This document shows positions 16,963-26,594 of a stretch of 32,139 nucleotides of DNA, one piece after another. Source of the DNA: Bdellovibrionota bacterium (GTDB lineage Bacteria; Bdellovibrionota_C; UBA2361; JBGSMV01); assembly GCA_044356455.1 (NCBI GenBank), contig JBIKWF010000044.1, positions 1-32,139 of the forward strand. The letters run 5' to 3'. The notes under the pieces are model-generated. The model worked only from the letters and a program-made list of their open reading frames with translations, made no database searches and was not told the origin of the DNA. Made by a program: the position numbers and the translations under genes. Position 1 is the stretch's first letter. Every line of letters begins with the position of its first letter.

Positions 16963-19900
16963 GTGCGAGAACGAGAGGACCCCATTCGCGCAGAAAACCT
17001 TTCGCGTGAGGGGTTAAGTGAGCTTGCGCGCGGCCTCGCCGAGGAGCAGCAGCTTGCACCGTCACGAAAAGGAGATAGGCGACTATTCCAGCGTTTTGAA
17101 GAAAACGCGATCGTATTGGACCGCATCTGCTCCGAACTGTTTCAGGCTGCGCAAGATCAGGAAGTTCTTTCCTCCGGGGCAGAATGGCTCATCGACAATT
17201 ATTACATTATTCAAGAACAGATTCGTGATATCAGAAGGGACTTCCCGCACGGATATTATCACACATTGCCTAAACTTGCTGAGGGGGCCTATGCGAAGTT
17301 TCCTCGTGCCTATCAACTTGCGGTAGAGGTTGTTGCGCATACTGATTCATCTATTTATGGTGAAACTCTTGCCGCTTTTATTCAAGGATTTCAGGGGAAA
17401 GCCGTCCTTGAGACGGGCGAGCTTTGGGCAATCCCGAGCCTTTTGCGTCTCGTGTTAATTGAAAATCTGCGCCGTCTTGCGGTGGTTAACCTTGAGGAGA
17501 CCCGTCAACGCAAGGAAGCTGAGTCACTTGCCGGGGAGATCATCGGTCCGCAGGAGCTGAAGTCCGGCACTGATGCGCTACTTTCACTCGCGACGAGGCT
17601 TCACATTGATCCTCATTGCCTTCGTCAGTACTCGGTCCATCTCATGCGGCGCCTACGCGAGCAGGGCCCGAAGGCAGGACTTACGTTACGCTGGATAGAG
17701 GAGCGTCTAAGAGAAGAGGGGCACGATCCTGATGAACTATTGCGTTTGGAGCAACACCGCCAGGCGGCCAACCAGATTTCTATTGGTAACGCCGTGAGCG
17801 CACTGCGGCGCATTAGTGGCATGAATTGGAGTGACTGGGTTGAGGGTGTGAGCGAGGTTCACCGCGCGTTGGCAAGCGATCCTCTTGGTAAGTACGAAGA
17901 GTGTGATTTCGCAACCCGCGATTGGTATCGGCACAGTATTGAGCGCCTGGCTCGAGCGGTGAAAAAAACTGAGGTTGAGATTGCTCGAGCTGCTCTGCTG
18001 CTCGCCGAGAGTGCGGTGATTGCTCAAGGCAGCGATGTTAGGATGAGGCACGTGGGCTATTTCCTCAGTGGAAACGGACTTGCCATCCTGGAACGTGAGG
18101 TAGGCTACCAGTCCTCGGGTCATAGGCGTTTGGGATCTTTTGGCGACCGTCATGCAGTTGCACTGTATCTTGGCGCAATTGCAACTCTTACTGCGATGCT
18201 ATTAGCTGGACTCTTCGAGTTCATGCGGGGGCAGGGAGGGACTCTTCTGGAGGCTTGGCTAGCGACCTTCGTCGCGGCAATTCCCCTCAGCGATCTTGCC
18301 TGCAATATCGTGCAATGGGCGTGTGTACGAGGTAGTGCGCCTAGTTTTCTGCCCAAGCTTGAGATGGGGAAGATAATCCCAGCCGAACACAAAACGATTG
18401 TAGCGATTCAAGCAATTTTGCAGGGCAAGGAATCAGTTCTTGAGATAATTTCCGATCTTGAAGTCCGGTACTTAGCTAACGGGGAAGAGAATCTGAGCTA
18501 CGCACTGCTGGCGGACCTACGCGACGCAGAAGGTGAGGAAATACCAGAAGACGATGAAGTAATCAGCTATGCAGAGCTGCTCGTAAGAACACTCAATGAG
18601 CGGCATTTCCGCGATGGGCCAGGGCGGTTCTTTCTTCTTTTTCGCCGCCGCGTCTGGAACCCCGTGCAGGGAATTTTCATGGGCTGGGAGCGTAAGCGCG
18701 GCAAGATAGAAGAGTTTAATCGATTCCTTCTTGATCGCGGGGTTACTACGTTCCGTATGCTCGTGGGCGAAGCCTCACAGCTCAGGGGGGCCGCATACGT
18801 TATCACTCTTGATTGTGACTCTCAGTTGCCGCGGGGTGTGGCAAAAAAGCTTATCGGTACCATTGCACATCCCCTCAACCGTCCACGACTCGACCTCGAA
18901 AGACGCATCGTGGTTGAGGGGTACGGTATCATTCAGCCTCGTATTGGCATCGCGCTTACGAGTGCTAGGGCGTCGAGATTCGCCGCAGTTTTCTGTGGCC
19001 ACGCAGGACTCGATCCCTATACGCAGCTTGTTTCAGATGTGTACCAGGATCTATTTCACGAGGGGTCTTTTTGTGGGAAAGGGATCTATGATGTTCGTGC
19101 ATTCGAGCTTGCACTCCGAGACCGCGTCCCAGAAAACCAGTTGCTGAGTCACGATCTTTTTGAGGGAGGTTTCGCGAGAGTTGGTCTCGCAAGTGATATC
19201 GAGCTCTTTGACGGATTCCCCTCACGCTATCATGCGTTTGCGAAACGACTACATCGCTGGGTGCGAGGTGATTGGCAGCTCCTTCCTTGGATGCTGGGTT
19301 ATATTCCTGATGCTCAGGGAAAGAAGTATCGCTCGCCGCTCTCGGTGCTCTCGCGTTGGAAACTCTTGGATAATTTGCGACGTAGCTTGGTGGCTCCTTG
19401 CTGTTTCCTCCTTTTCTGTGGCGGCGCTGCGCTCCTTCCGGTTAACACGTTGCTATGGATTCTCATGCTCGTGCTCGTGATTGCGTTTCCTGTGTATGGC
19501 AACGCAGCGAACGCGCTTCTCATCCCCACGGGCGGAATCTCCGTGATGAGTCATGCCCGCGCCGCGGGGCGTGATTTTGTCTTTCAGTCTAAACAAGCAT
19601 TTACTGCACTGAGTTTTCTTTCCTATCAGACATTTTTGATGCTGCATGCCATTGGGGTGACCTTGTATCGCGTTCTTATTTCGCATCGGGACCTTTTGGA
19701 GTGGGAGCCCGCTTCGCACGCGGAGAGACGACTTGGCGTTAACCTTAGTGCGTTCCTGCGACAAATGGGACCCGGAGTGGCGCTGGCGCTTATGGCGGCC
19801 GTGATGATACTTTTGTGTGCTCCCTCTCAAATGATCTATGCGTCGCCTCTGTTGCTACTTTGGGCAGCGTCTCCTTTTCTTGCGCGCTGGTTAAGTGCGC

Positions 19901-22900
19901 CAATTCCTCGGGTGACTGCGGAGCTAGGTGTGCGGGACCGCGAGCGGCTCCTTTCCATGGGGTGGGAGACCTGGAGGTATTTTGACGAGCAGATTAGCCC
20001 AGAGAACAATTATCTGGCCCCCGATAATATTCAGCTTACGCCCTACCGCACCGTTGCAACGCGAACCTCGCCGACAAATATTGGTCTTTCGATTCTTAGC
20101 GTAATCTCAGCCTACGATTTAGGGTACCTTAGCCTTGTTGCAGCTACTGTGCGGCTAGGGAATATCATGCAAACGCTTGGCACTTTGGAGCGTGTACACG
20201 GGCATTTTCTTAATTGGTATGACACCAAAACACGAGAGTCACTCGCTCCACGGTACGTGTCAGCCGTGGATAGCGGTAACTTGGTGGGGCATCTTATTGC
20301 CGCGAAGAACGCTGTGGAGAGCTTCCGCACCGCGCCACTTGTGACGCTGCAGCGGTATCAGCACCTTGCGCGGCGCTTAGAGAAGTTTCGCCTGATTGCG
20401 GGAGCAGGGCGAGATAAGTTTAAGAGCGTCTCCGTGGGCCTCGCCGATCTTCTCGCCCAGGCGCCTTCGGTCGGGGCTCGAGGGCTATTAGTAGAACTCG
20501 AGGTCGTGTCTGAGTTCCTGAATGCTACCTTGGATGGACCCGAGTTCTTGGCGCCCTCAGTACTAGGCGATTTTGAGCTCTTTCGCCGAGAGCTTGCTGA
20601 GCTCCTTGAGGTCCGCCCCCTGCTTCTTTCAGGCAATCAGTCCAAGGGGGATGATCCCGGGGCAACGCTTCACGCACTTCGGATGCACCATCCAGAGAAT
20701 GCAGCGGTAGGTGTGATAGCAGATACCCTCGAGTTATTTATAGAGGGGGCTCAAGGCATTATAAGAGAGGTTGATTTCGGCTTTCTCTTCGATACCGATA
20801 AGCAGCTCTTTACTATCGGTTTCCACGTGGACAATGGAAGGCGTGATAGTGGCTTCTACGATCTGCATGCGTCAGAGGCACGTCTCATGAGCTTTGTGGC
20901 GATTGCGACAGGCCAAGTCCCGCAAAAGCATTGGTTCATGCTGGGCCGAACGTTAGTGAATGCGCCGGGAGGGGCCGCCCTCGCTTCTTGGACAGGGACT
21001 ATGTTCGAGTATCTGATGCCGCTATTAGTGATGCGGGACTACCCTGGCACTCTTCTTTCGGAGACCTGTCGCGCGGTGGTGGCTACGCAGCAGCTCTACG
21101 CTGCTGGCAAAGGCTTACCGTGGGGAATATCGGAGTCAGCGTATGGGGCCGTAGATTTCGAGAGGACATATCAATACAAGGCCTTTGGTGTTCCTAGTCT
21201 AGGGTTGAAGCGAGGGCTTGGCGGAGATCTTGTGATTTCTCCCTATTCCACATTCTTAGCCCTTGCCATCAACAGTGCCGCTGCCATGGAGAACCTCGAC
21301 CGCCTAGAGAAGGAGGGCGCTCGCGGCGAGTATGGCTTTTACGAGGCAATAGATTACACCCCAGAGCGGCTGAGAAGTGGAGAATCCCGCCATGTGGTGG
21401 AGTCTTATCTTGCGCTGCATCAGGGTATGAGTCTCGTCGCCATAAATAACGCGCTACAATCAGGCGTGATGCAGGAGCGCTTCCACCGAGACCCCTGGGT
21501 GCGAGCGACCGATTTACTCTTGCAAGAGCGTTTCCCTGACGCACTTCCGGTTGCGGAACCGAAACACTCGCAAGTTCTTCCGGCTTTGGTTGCCCCCAAT
21601 GATGCTCGCGTCGCATCAGTTGAGCGTTTCACCACGCCTCACACGCAAGTGCCGCGTACTCGTGTTCTGTCAAATGGGCGCTACAGTGTGCTCGTAGATA
21701 ATGCCGGAATTGGTTTTTCATCATGTGACCGGGATATATCGCTCACGAGATGGCGAGAAGATGCTCTTCTTGGGCAGTACGGAACGTTTATTTATCTAAG
21801 AGATTTGGAGAATGGCAAGGTTTGGTCGGCTGCGTATCACCCTTCGCGTGTCGAGCCAGAGTTTTACGAAGTGTTGTTCAGCCCCGACAAGGTAGAGTTT
21901 AATCGACGTGACGCCGGAATTACGCTTCATACAGAAATTGCAGTTTCACCTGAAGATCAAGTCGAGGTTCGTAGAGTCACCATTTCGAATGTGGGGAATC
22001 GGCACCGAAGCCTTGAAATTACGAGCTTTGGCGAAGTTGCCCTCGGCAATATGTTTGCTGATAGCGCACATCCCGCTTTTGCCAAGATGTTCATTGAGAG
22101 CGAATTTGATGCAGAGCTCGACGCGCTCTTGTTCGCTCGTCGTCCGCGCTCGAAACATGAGGAGACACTATTTCTCATGCATACGATGGCTCTGGATCGT
22201 GTGGTGGAGCCAATACAATATGAGACCTCGCGCGCGGCGTTTATTGGAAGAGGACGTTCCATCGCGAACCCTCTGGTCTTTACCGATCGCCGGAAATTAT
22301 CGAAAGCAGTCGGTTCGATTATTGACCCAATTTTTTCTCTTCGAACACGCGTAGAGCTCGACGAGGGTACTTCCAATGTGGTGGTCTTCGTTACAGGATT
22401 TGCAAAATCGAGAACAGAAATTAGGGCGCTCGCAGAAAGGTACCGGGATCAGCTCTCTGTGACGCGAGCTTTTGAGATGGCCTGGAGCCAGAGCAGTATC
22501 GAGCTTCGGCACGAGCAGTTTTCGGTTCGACAGGTCCATGCGTTTCAGCGCCTGATTACAGCTCTTCTGTTTAACATTGAAGGCGTAAGGGGAAGCCAAG
22601 CTTCGATTGCCACCAATCGTCTTACGCAGTCGGGGTTCTGGAGGTTCGGCGTTTCCGGAGATTTGCCTATCGTATACCTCACGGTATCTGATCCTGGGCA
22701 TGTTAAGCTGGTGCGGGAACTGGTACTTGCACACCAGTACATTCGAATGCATGGGATTAGCTTTGAGCTTGTTATTCTTAACAAGTACCCGGGCGGTTAT
22801 CTTCAATCCTTTCAAGAAGAGCTGGACTTCCTCGTGCGCTCGGGCTACGCAGGCGCCGTCGTAGATAAGAAAGGAGGCATTTTCCTCCGCACCCTTTCGG

Positions 22901-25557
22901 CCCTCTCAGCGGAGGAGCTGTGTTTGCTTGAAGCAGTCGCTCGAGTGGTGCTGGTCGGAGCACGCGGCCTACTTTCGTCTCAGCTCCTATTCGGCAACGA
23001 GCCGAAGGAGCCTTCGCAGCGAAGAAGGGCGAACCTCGGGTGGGAGCAAGAAGTCTTGGCCGAGACGTCACTGCCAGCTTCCGGAGCCCCCGAGAAAGGG
23101 AACGGGATAGGAGACTTTTTAGGAGAGGGCGGCACCTATCAGATAATCCTCAAGGGTAAAGCACTTCCGCCGCAGCCTTGGTCGAATGTGATTGCAAATC
23201 CGTCTTTTGGGTTTCTTGTGACGGAATCGGGGGGCGGATTCACCTGGTCGCAGAACAGTCATGAGAATAGGCTCTCCCCCTGGAGCAACGATCCTATAGG
23301 AGATATGAGTGGAGAGATTCTCTATCTTCGAGATGTCGACCGCGGCAATTTTTGGTCTGCAACTCCTCGGCCCATTTCCCCCGGAGGGACCTCTTCGGTT
23401 ACGCACAGTTTTGGCGAAACGTGTTTCATTCGGAACGAACATGAGGTGACGTCTCGTCTCACTATTTCGGGGAGCGTGGCGGACCGGGTGAAGTTTTGGA
23501 ATCTTACGTTATCTAATACGGGTGGGCAGGTTCGCACGCTCGAAGTTTTCCTGTATGTGGAATGGGTGCTTGGAGTTCAGCGCAGCGAAGGCGCTCGGAT
23601 GATTGTTGCAGACTTTGATGTGCGTTCTCAGTCTCTGCACGCCCGCAACTATTACAATAATGAATTTGCTGGGGCGACCCTCTACCTTGGTTCAACTGCG
23701 AGTGCTGTTGAGTACACCACAAGTCGTGCCGAATTTCTCGGGAGGCATGGCGACCATGCTCATCCCCGTATACTTGTCGAAGGGGGTATGGGGGCACGAT
23801 CCGCCCTATTTTCAGCTCAGAGGCGCGCGAGGGTAGAATTGAGCCAGAAGGTCGGCGCGGGTTTTGATTCGTGCGGAGTGCTTAAGGTGGACGTGGTTCT
23901 GGCCCCTCATGCCAAGCGCGAGCTGGTGTTCTTTATGGGAGAAGAGAGCTCAGCCGAAAGCGCCAAGAAAAAAGCTCTGCACTATGGTTCTCTCCCGTCC
24001 TATCGGCGTGAGCGAGAGCAGGCGCATGCCCGTTGGGAGTCGGATCTTGGCGCCATTCGTGTTCGTACGCCCAATCGTGGATTCGATTTGATGGTGAATG
24101 GGTGGCTCCTGTATCAGACGATTTCCTCCAGGATTCATGGCAGAAGCGGAGTCTACCAAAGTGGCGGCGCCATTGGCTTCCGAGACCAGCTTCAGGACAG
24201 CCTTGCGCTCCTGTGGAGTCACCCCGAGCGGACGCGCGAGCAGATTCTTCTACACGCTTCTCACCAATTCCCCGAGGGAGATGTGCAGCATTGGTGGCAT
24301 CCACCGACAGGACGCGGCGTGCGTACGCGCATTTCAGATGACTACCTTTGGCTTCCGTTTGCAGTAGCTCGTTATCTTGAGGCGACCGAAGAACGGGGAG
24401 TACTTGAGGAGCAGGTGCCATTTGTCGAGGGACCAAAGCTTGATGCGCAGGAAATGGAAATTTACATGTTGCCGCAGGTTACCCGACTCAAAATGACTCT
24501 TTATGAACATTGTATTCTTGCCCTCGATAGAGCCTCGGCTTTGGGCGTCCATGGCTTACCACTTATTGGCGGCGGAGATTGGAATGATGGGATGAACGAG
24601 GTGGGGCGCGAGGGGAAAGGGGAGAGTGTTTGGCTCGCATGGTTCCTTAGCAACTGCCTTAGGAAGTTCGCTCCTTTGGCAAGGGATAGGGGAGAGATCG
24701 AGCGCGCAAAAAGTTATGAGGCGAGGGCAGAGGCGCTTGTAGGTTCAATTGATGAGCATAGTTGGGATGGCTCCTGGTATCGCCGGGCCTACTTTGATGA
24801 CGGTACTCCCTTAGGGAGCGCAGAGAGTGAGGAGTGCAAGATTGATTCCTTGGTTCAGTCTTGGAGTGTCATCGCGGGAGGCGGACGGATAGACCGCCAG
24901 CAGGCTGCGATGTCTGCGGTACGTACTCACCTCGTTAACGAATCCACAAAAGTCGTGCGCTTACTTGCGCCACCCTTTAATCGCTCATCGCTTGATCCTG
25001 GGTATATCAAGGGGTATCTCCCCGGTATTCGGGAGAACGGGGGCCAGTACACGCACGCCGCTGTATGGTATCTCATGGCAACTGCTTTGCAGGGGAAAGG
25101 AAAGGAGGCGTTCGAGCTTTTTGATATGATAAATCCCATCACCCATACTTCTACGAAGGATGGGGTGGCCCGCTATCAAGCAGAGCCCTATGTCCTGTGT
25201 GGAGACGTGTATGCCGAAGCCCCGCATGAAGGGCGGGGCGGGTGGAGCTGGTATACGGGCTCTGCAGGCTGGATGTATCAGGTCGCGATAGAGCAACTTG
25301 TGGGACTCAAAGTGCGCGGGAGCTTTTTTACCATCGAGCCTTGTGTGCCCCCAGACTGGAAAGAATTCTCCTTTGAATACTGCCGGCGGGGACTTCGTTA
25401 CCAAGTTTCGATTTTAAATCCAGATGGTGTTGAAACTGGTGTGGTGCGCATCGAAGCGGACGGGCGAATCTGCGACGAAAAGAGAGTGCGGTTTATAGAA
25501 GAATCAGCACCTCGAGATGTCCGGGTAGTGGTGCACATGGGTGCCTCGCTCATATAG
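16963..25557 (+). CDS. ndvB: Cyclic beta-1,2-glucan synthase (Cgs/ChvB/NdvB: GT84 synthase, cyclising transglycosylase domain, GH94 phosphorylase)
   Basis: 2864 aa; EWLIDNYY, GWERKRGK, TLDCD, LLSHDLFEG, RWVRGDWQL, RTSPTNIGL, MFEYLMP, PWGISES, QSGGAIGFRDQLQD, GDWNDG, ENGGQYTH and GRGGWSWYTGSAGW motifs. The start may be ATA at 16888. Confidence 0.95.
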   Translation: MREREDPIRAENLSREGLSELARGLAEEQQLAPSRKGDRRLFQRFEENAIVLDRICSELFQAAQDQEVLSSGAEWLIDNYYIIQEQIRDIRRDFPHGYYHTLPKLAEGAYAKFPRAYQLAVEVVAHTDSSIYGETLAAFIQGFQGKAVLETGELWAIPSLLRLVLIENLRRLAVVNLEETRQRKEAESLAGEIIGPQELKSGTDALLSLATRLHIDPHCLRQYSVHLMRRLREQGPKAGLTLRWIEERLREEGHDPDELLRLEQHRQAANQISIGNAVSALRRISGMNWSDWVEGVSEVHRALASDPLGKYEECDFATRDWYRHSIERLARAVKKTEVEIARAALLLAESAVIAQGSDVRMRHVGYFLSGNGLAILEREVGYQSSGHRRLGSFGDRHAVALYLGAIATLTAMLLAGLFEFMRGQGGTLLEAWLATFVAAIPLSDLACNIVQWACVRGSAPSFLPKLEMGKIIPAEHKTIVAIQAILQGKESVLEIISDLEVRYLANGEENLSYALLADLRDAEGEEIPEDDEVISYAELLVRTLNERHFRDGPGRFFLLFRRRVWNPVQGIFMGWERKRGKIEEFNRFLLDRGVTTFRMLVGEASQLRGAAYVITLDCDSQLPRGVAKKLIGTIAHPLNRPRLDLERRIVVEGYGIIQPRIGIALTSARASRFAAVFCGHAGLDPYTQLVSDVYQDLFHEGSFCGKGIYDVRAFELALRDRVPENQLLSHDLFEGGFARVGLASDIELFDGFPSRYHAFAKRLHRWVRGDWQLLPWMLGYIPDAQGKKYRSPLSVLSRWKLLDNLRRSLVAPCCFLLFCGGAALLPVNTLLWILMLVLVIAFPVYGNAANALLIPTGGISVMSHARAAGRDFVFQSKQAFTALSFLSYQTFLMLHAIGVTLYRVLISHRDLLEWEPASHAERRLGVNLSAFLRQMGPGVALALMAAVMILLCAPSQMIYASPLLLLWAASPFLARWLSAPIPRVTAELGVRDRERLLSMGWETWRYFDEQISPENNYLAPDNIQLTPYRTVATRTSPTNIGLSILSVISAYDLGYLSLVAATVRLGNIMQTLGTLERVHGHFLNWYDTKTRESLAPRYVSAVDSGNLVGHLIAAKNAVESFRTAPLVTLQRYQHLARRLEKFRLIAGAGRDKFKSVSVGLADLLAQAPSVGARGLLVELEVVSEFLNATLDGPEFLAPSVLGDFELFRRELAELLEVRPLLLSGNQSKGDDPGATLHALRMHHPENAAVGVIADTLELFIEGAQGIIREVDFGFLFDTDKQLFTIGFHVDNGRRDSGFYDLHASEARLMSFVAIATGQVPQKHWFMLGRTLVNAPGGAALASWTGTMFEYLMPLLVMRDYPGTLLSETCRAVVATQQLYAAGKGLPWGISESAYGAVDFERTYQYKAFGVPSLGLKRGLGGDLVISPYSTFLALAINSAAAMENLDRLEKEGARGEYGFYEAIDYTPERLRSGESRHVVESYLALHQGMSLVAINNALQSGVMQERFHRDPWVRATDLLLQERFPDALPVAEPKHSQVLPALVAPNDARVASVERFTTPHTQVPRTRVLSNGRYSVLVDNAGIGFSSCDRDISLTRWREDALLGQYGTFIYLRDLENGKVWSAAYHPSRVEPEFYEVLFSPDKVEFNRRDAGITLHTEIAVSPEDQVEVRRVTISNVGNRHRSLEITSFGEVALGNMFADSAHPAFAKMFIESEFDAELDALLFARRPRSKHEETLFLMHTMALDRVVEPIQYETSRAAFIGRGRSIANPLVFTDRRKLSKAVGSIIDPIFSLRTRVELDEGTSNVVVFVTGFAKSRTEIRALAERYRDQLSVTRAFEMAWSQSSIELRHEQFSVRQVHAFQRLITALLFNIEGVRGSQASIATNRLTQSGFWRFGVSGDLPIVYLTVSDPGHVKLVRELVLAHQYIRMHGISFELVILNKYPGGYLQSFQEELDFLVRSGYAGAVVDKKGGIFLRTLSALSAEELCLLEAVARVVLVGARGLLSSQLLFGNEPKEPSQRRRANLGWEQEVLAETSLPASGAPEKGNGIGDFLGEGGTYQIILKGKALPPQPWSNVIANPSFGFLVTESGGGFTWSQNSHENRLSPWSNDPIGDMSGEILYLRDVDRGNFWSATPRPISPGGTSSVTHSFGETCFIRNEHEVTSRLTISGSVADRVKFWNLTLSNTGGQVRTLEVFLYVEWVLGVQRSEGARMIVADFDVRSQSLHARNYYNNEFAGATLYLGSTASAVEYTTSRAEFLGRHGDHAHPRILVEGGMGARSALFSAQRRARVELSQKVGAGFDSCGVLKVDVVLAPHAKRELVFFMGEESSAESAKKKALHYGSLPSYRREREQAHARWESDLGAIRVRTPNRGFDLMVNGWLLYQTISSRIHGRSGVYQSGGAIGFRDQLQDSLALLWSHPERTREQILLHASHQFPEGDVQHWWHPPTGRGVRTRISDDYLWLPFAVARYLEATEERGVLEEQVPFVEGPKLDAQEMEIYMLPQVTRLKMTLYEHCILALDRASALGVHGLPLIGGGDWNDGMNEVGREGKGESVWLAWFLSNCLRKFAPLARDRGEIERAKSYEARAEALVGSIDEHSWDGSWYRRAYFDDGTPLGSAESEECKIDSLVQSWSVIAGGGRIDRQQAAMSAVRTHLVNESTKVVRLLAPPFNRSSLDPGYIKGYLPGIRENGGQYTHAAVWYLMATALQGKGKEAFELFDMINPITHTSTKDGVARYQAEPYVLCGDVYAEAPHEGRGGWSWYTGSAGWMYQVAIEQLVGLKVRGSFFTIEPCVPPDWKEFSFEYCRRGLRYQVSILNPDGVETGVVRIEADGRICDEKRVRFIEESAPRDVRVVVHMGASLI

Positions 25558-25573
25558 CGCAGCGGCCGCAGGT

Positions 25574-25599
25574 GCTTACCATTCTTTCAAATGGTAAGC
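25574..25599. terminator. Hairpin between convergent glucan synthase and csbD genes
   Basis: GCTTACCATT/AATGGTAAGC 10-bp stem with a 6-nt loop; weak U-tract. Confidence 0.45.
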
Positions 25600-25640
25600 T
25601 TATGCTTACGGACCGGGGAGGGGCCCGCAAGCAATATTGG

Positions 25641-25886
25641 TTAGATGGTCGGTTGACTCTTGCTCTTCGAAAAGTCTGAAGGGCTGCAGCTGCATTCCTT
25701 CATGAAAGAACCAAGTTCCTTGCTCGCCTGGTCAGAGGTATAGCCGTAGCGTTCGCGCAGCTTGCCAATGAGCTGCTCTTTCTTTCCTTTAATGATCACG
25801 ATGTCATCATTCGTGAGCTTGCCCCACTTTTCTTTTATCTGCCCTTTGAGCTGTTCCCATTTTCCTTCGAGTTCATTGCTATTCAT
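25641..25886 (-). CDS. csbD: CsbD/YjbJ family general stress protein
   Basis: MNSNELEGKWEQLKGQIKEKWGKLTNDD...GKKEQLIGKLRERYG. Confidence 0.93.
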   Translation of the reverse strand: MNSNELEGKWEQLKGQIKEKWGKLTNDDIVIIKGKKEQLIGKLRERYGYTSDQASKELGSFMKECSCSPSDFSKSKSQPTI

Positions 25887-25959
25887 GATGAGTGCCTTTC
25901 TTGTTTGTTAGTAGGTCCATTCTGTCCTCGCGATCTTAGAAGCTTCGAGCGCGTCAGCG

Positions 25960-25975
25960 CATGACGGTGCTCAGG
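25960..25975. promoter_or_regulatory. Crp/Fnr-type operator CATGAC-GGTG-CTCAGG; candidate bidirectional promoter
   Basis: -10-like hexamers lie 21 nt away on both strands: TAGATT (25997-26002, +) and TAAGAT (25938-25933, -). Confidence 0.6.
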
Positions 25976-26042
25976 GTCCGTAGGGCCACGCGGTAGTAGA
26001 TTTCATCGAAGGAGCTTCTAAGGAGCCATTGAGAAATAAGTT

Positions 26043-26255
26043 ATGAATAAAATTCTAGTCAGCATGAGTGTCTGTGCGTTCCTAGTTCTGTGTAGCTGCC
26101 AAGAAAAGGGAGCGGTTGAAAAAGCGGGAGAACGTGCAGATGAAATAGTCGATAACGTGAAACACGGAGAACCTCCGCTTAAGAAAAAGGGGCCGATCGA
26201 GAAGATCGGTCAGAGCATTGATGAGACGCTGGAGCGCGCAGGCGAGCGCAAGTGA
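26043..26255 (+). CDS. Small lipoprotein with two EKxGxxxDE repeats
   Basis: MNK, a hydrophobic stretch and an LCSC lipobox; KGAVEKAGERADE and KGPIEKIGQSIDE internal repeat. Confidence 0.8.
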   Translation: MNKILVSMSVCAFLVLCSCQEKGAVEKAGERADEIVDNVKHGEPPLKKKGPIEKIGQSIDETLERAGERK

Positions 26256-26594
26256 ATGATGACGCTCGAAGGCCCGGCATGTTGGAAGTGTTTGTAACAG
26301 TCTTTTATTCAGCTTTTAAAAAATTCATTGAAAAAGATTGTTGGACATTTTTCACTTTGTGTTTTGTTTCTGTTCTTTTGAGGACACCGTTTGAGAGCAA
26401 TTTGATCAGAGGTTCGCATAGGTAGAATCGGGTTATTTCCTAGCCTGGAATCGGTTGGTCGCGTATTCTTGCGGTCTGTCGTTGCTGGTGTGCGCCGAGA
26501 CATCATGCGGCCATGCACTTTCGACGATTTCAAGTATGCAGGCGTAGCATTCTAATGCAGGCATGCCTGCCAACAGATTTCTTAGGCTAGGGAG

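Noticed and set aside
17018..25404. Many short alternative-frame and antisense ORFs inside cgs (likewise inside hppA, the flagellin and the AsmA-like gene)
   Set aside because: They have no recognisable motifs and are expected shadows of long coding regions.
26309..26533. 74-aa minus-strand ORF between the lipoprotein and HDOD genes
   Set aside because: It has a TTG start, no clear SD and no family features; more likely intergenic.
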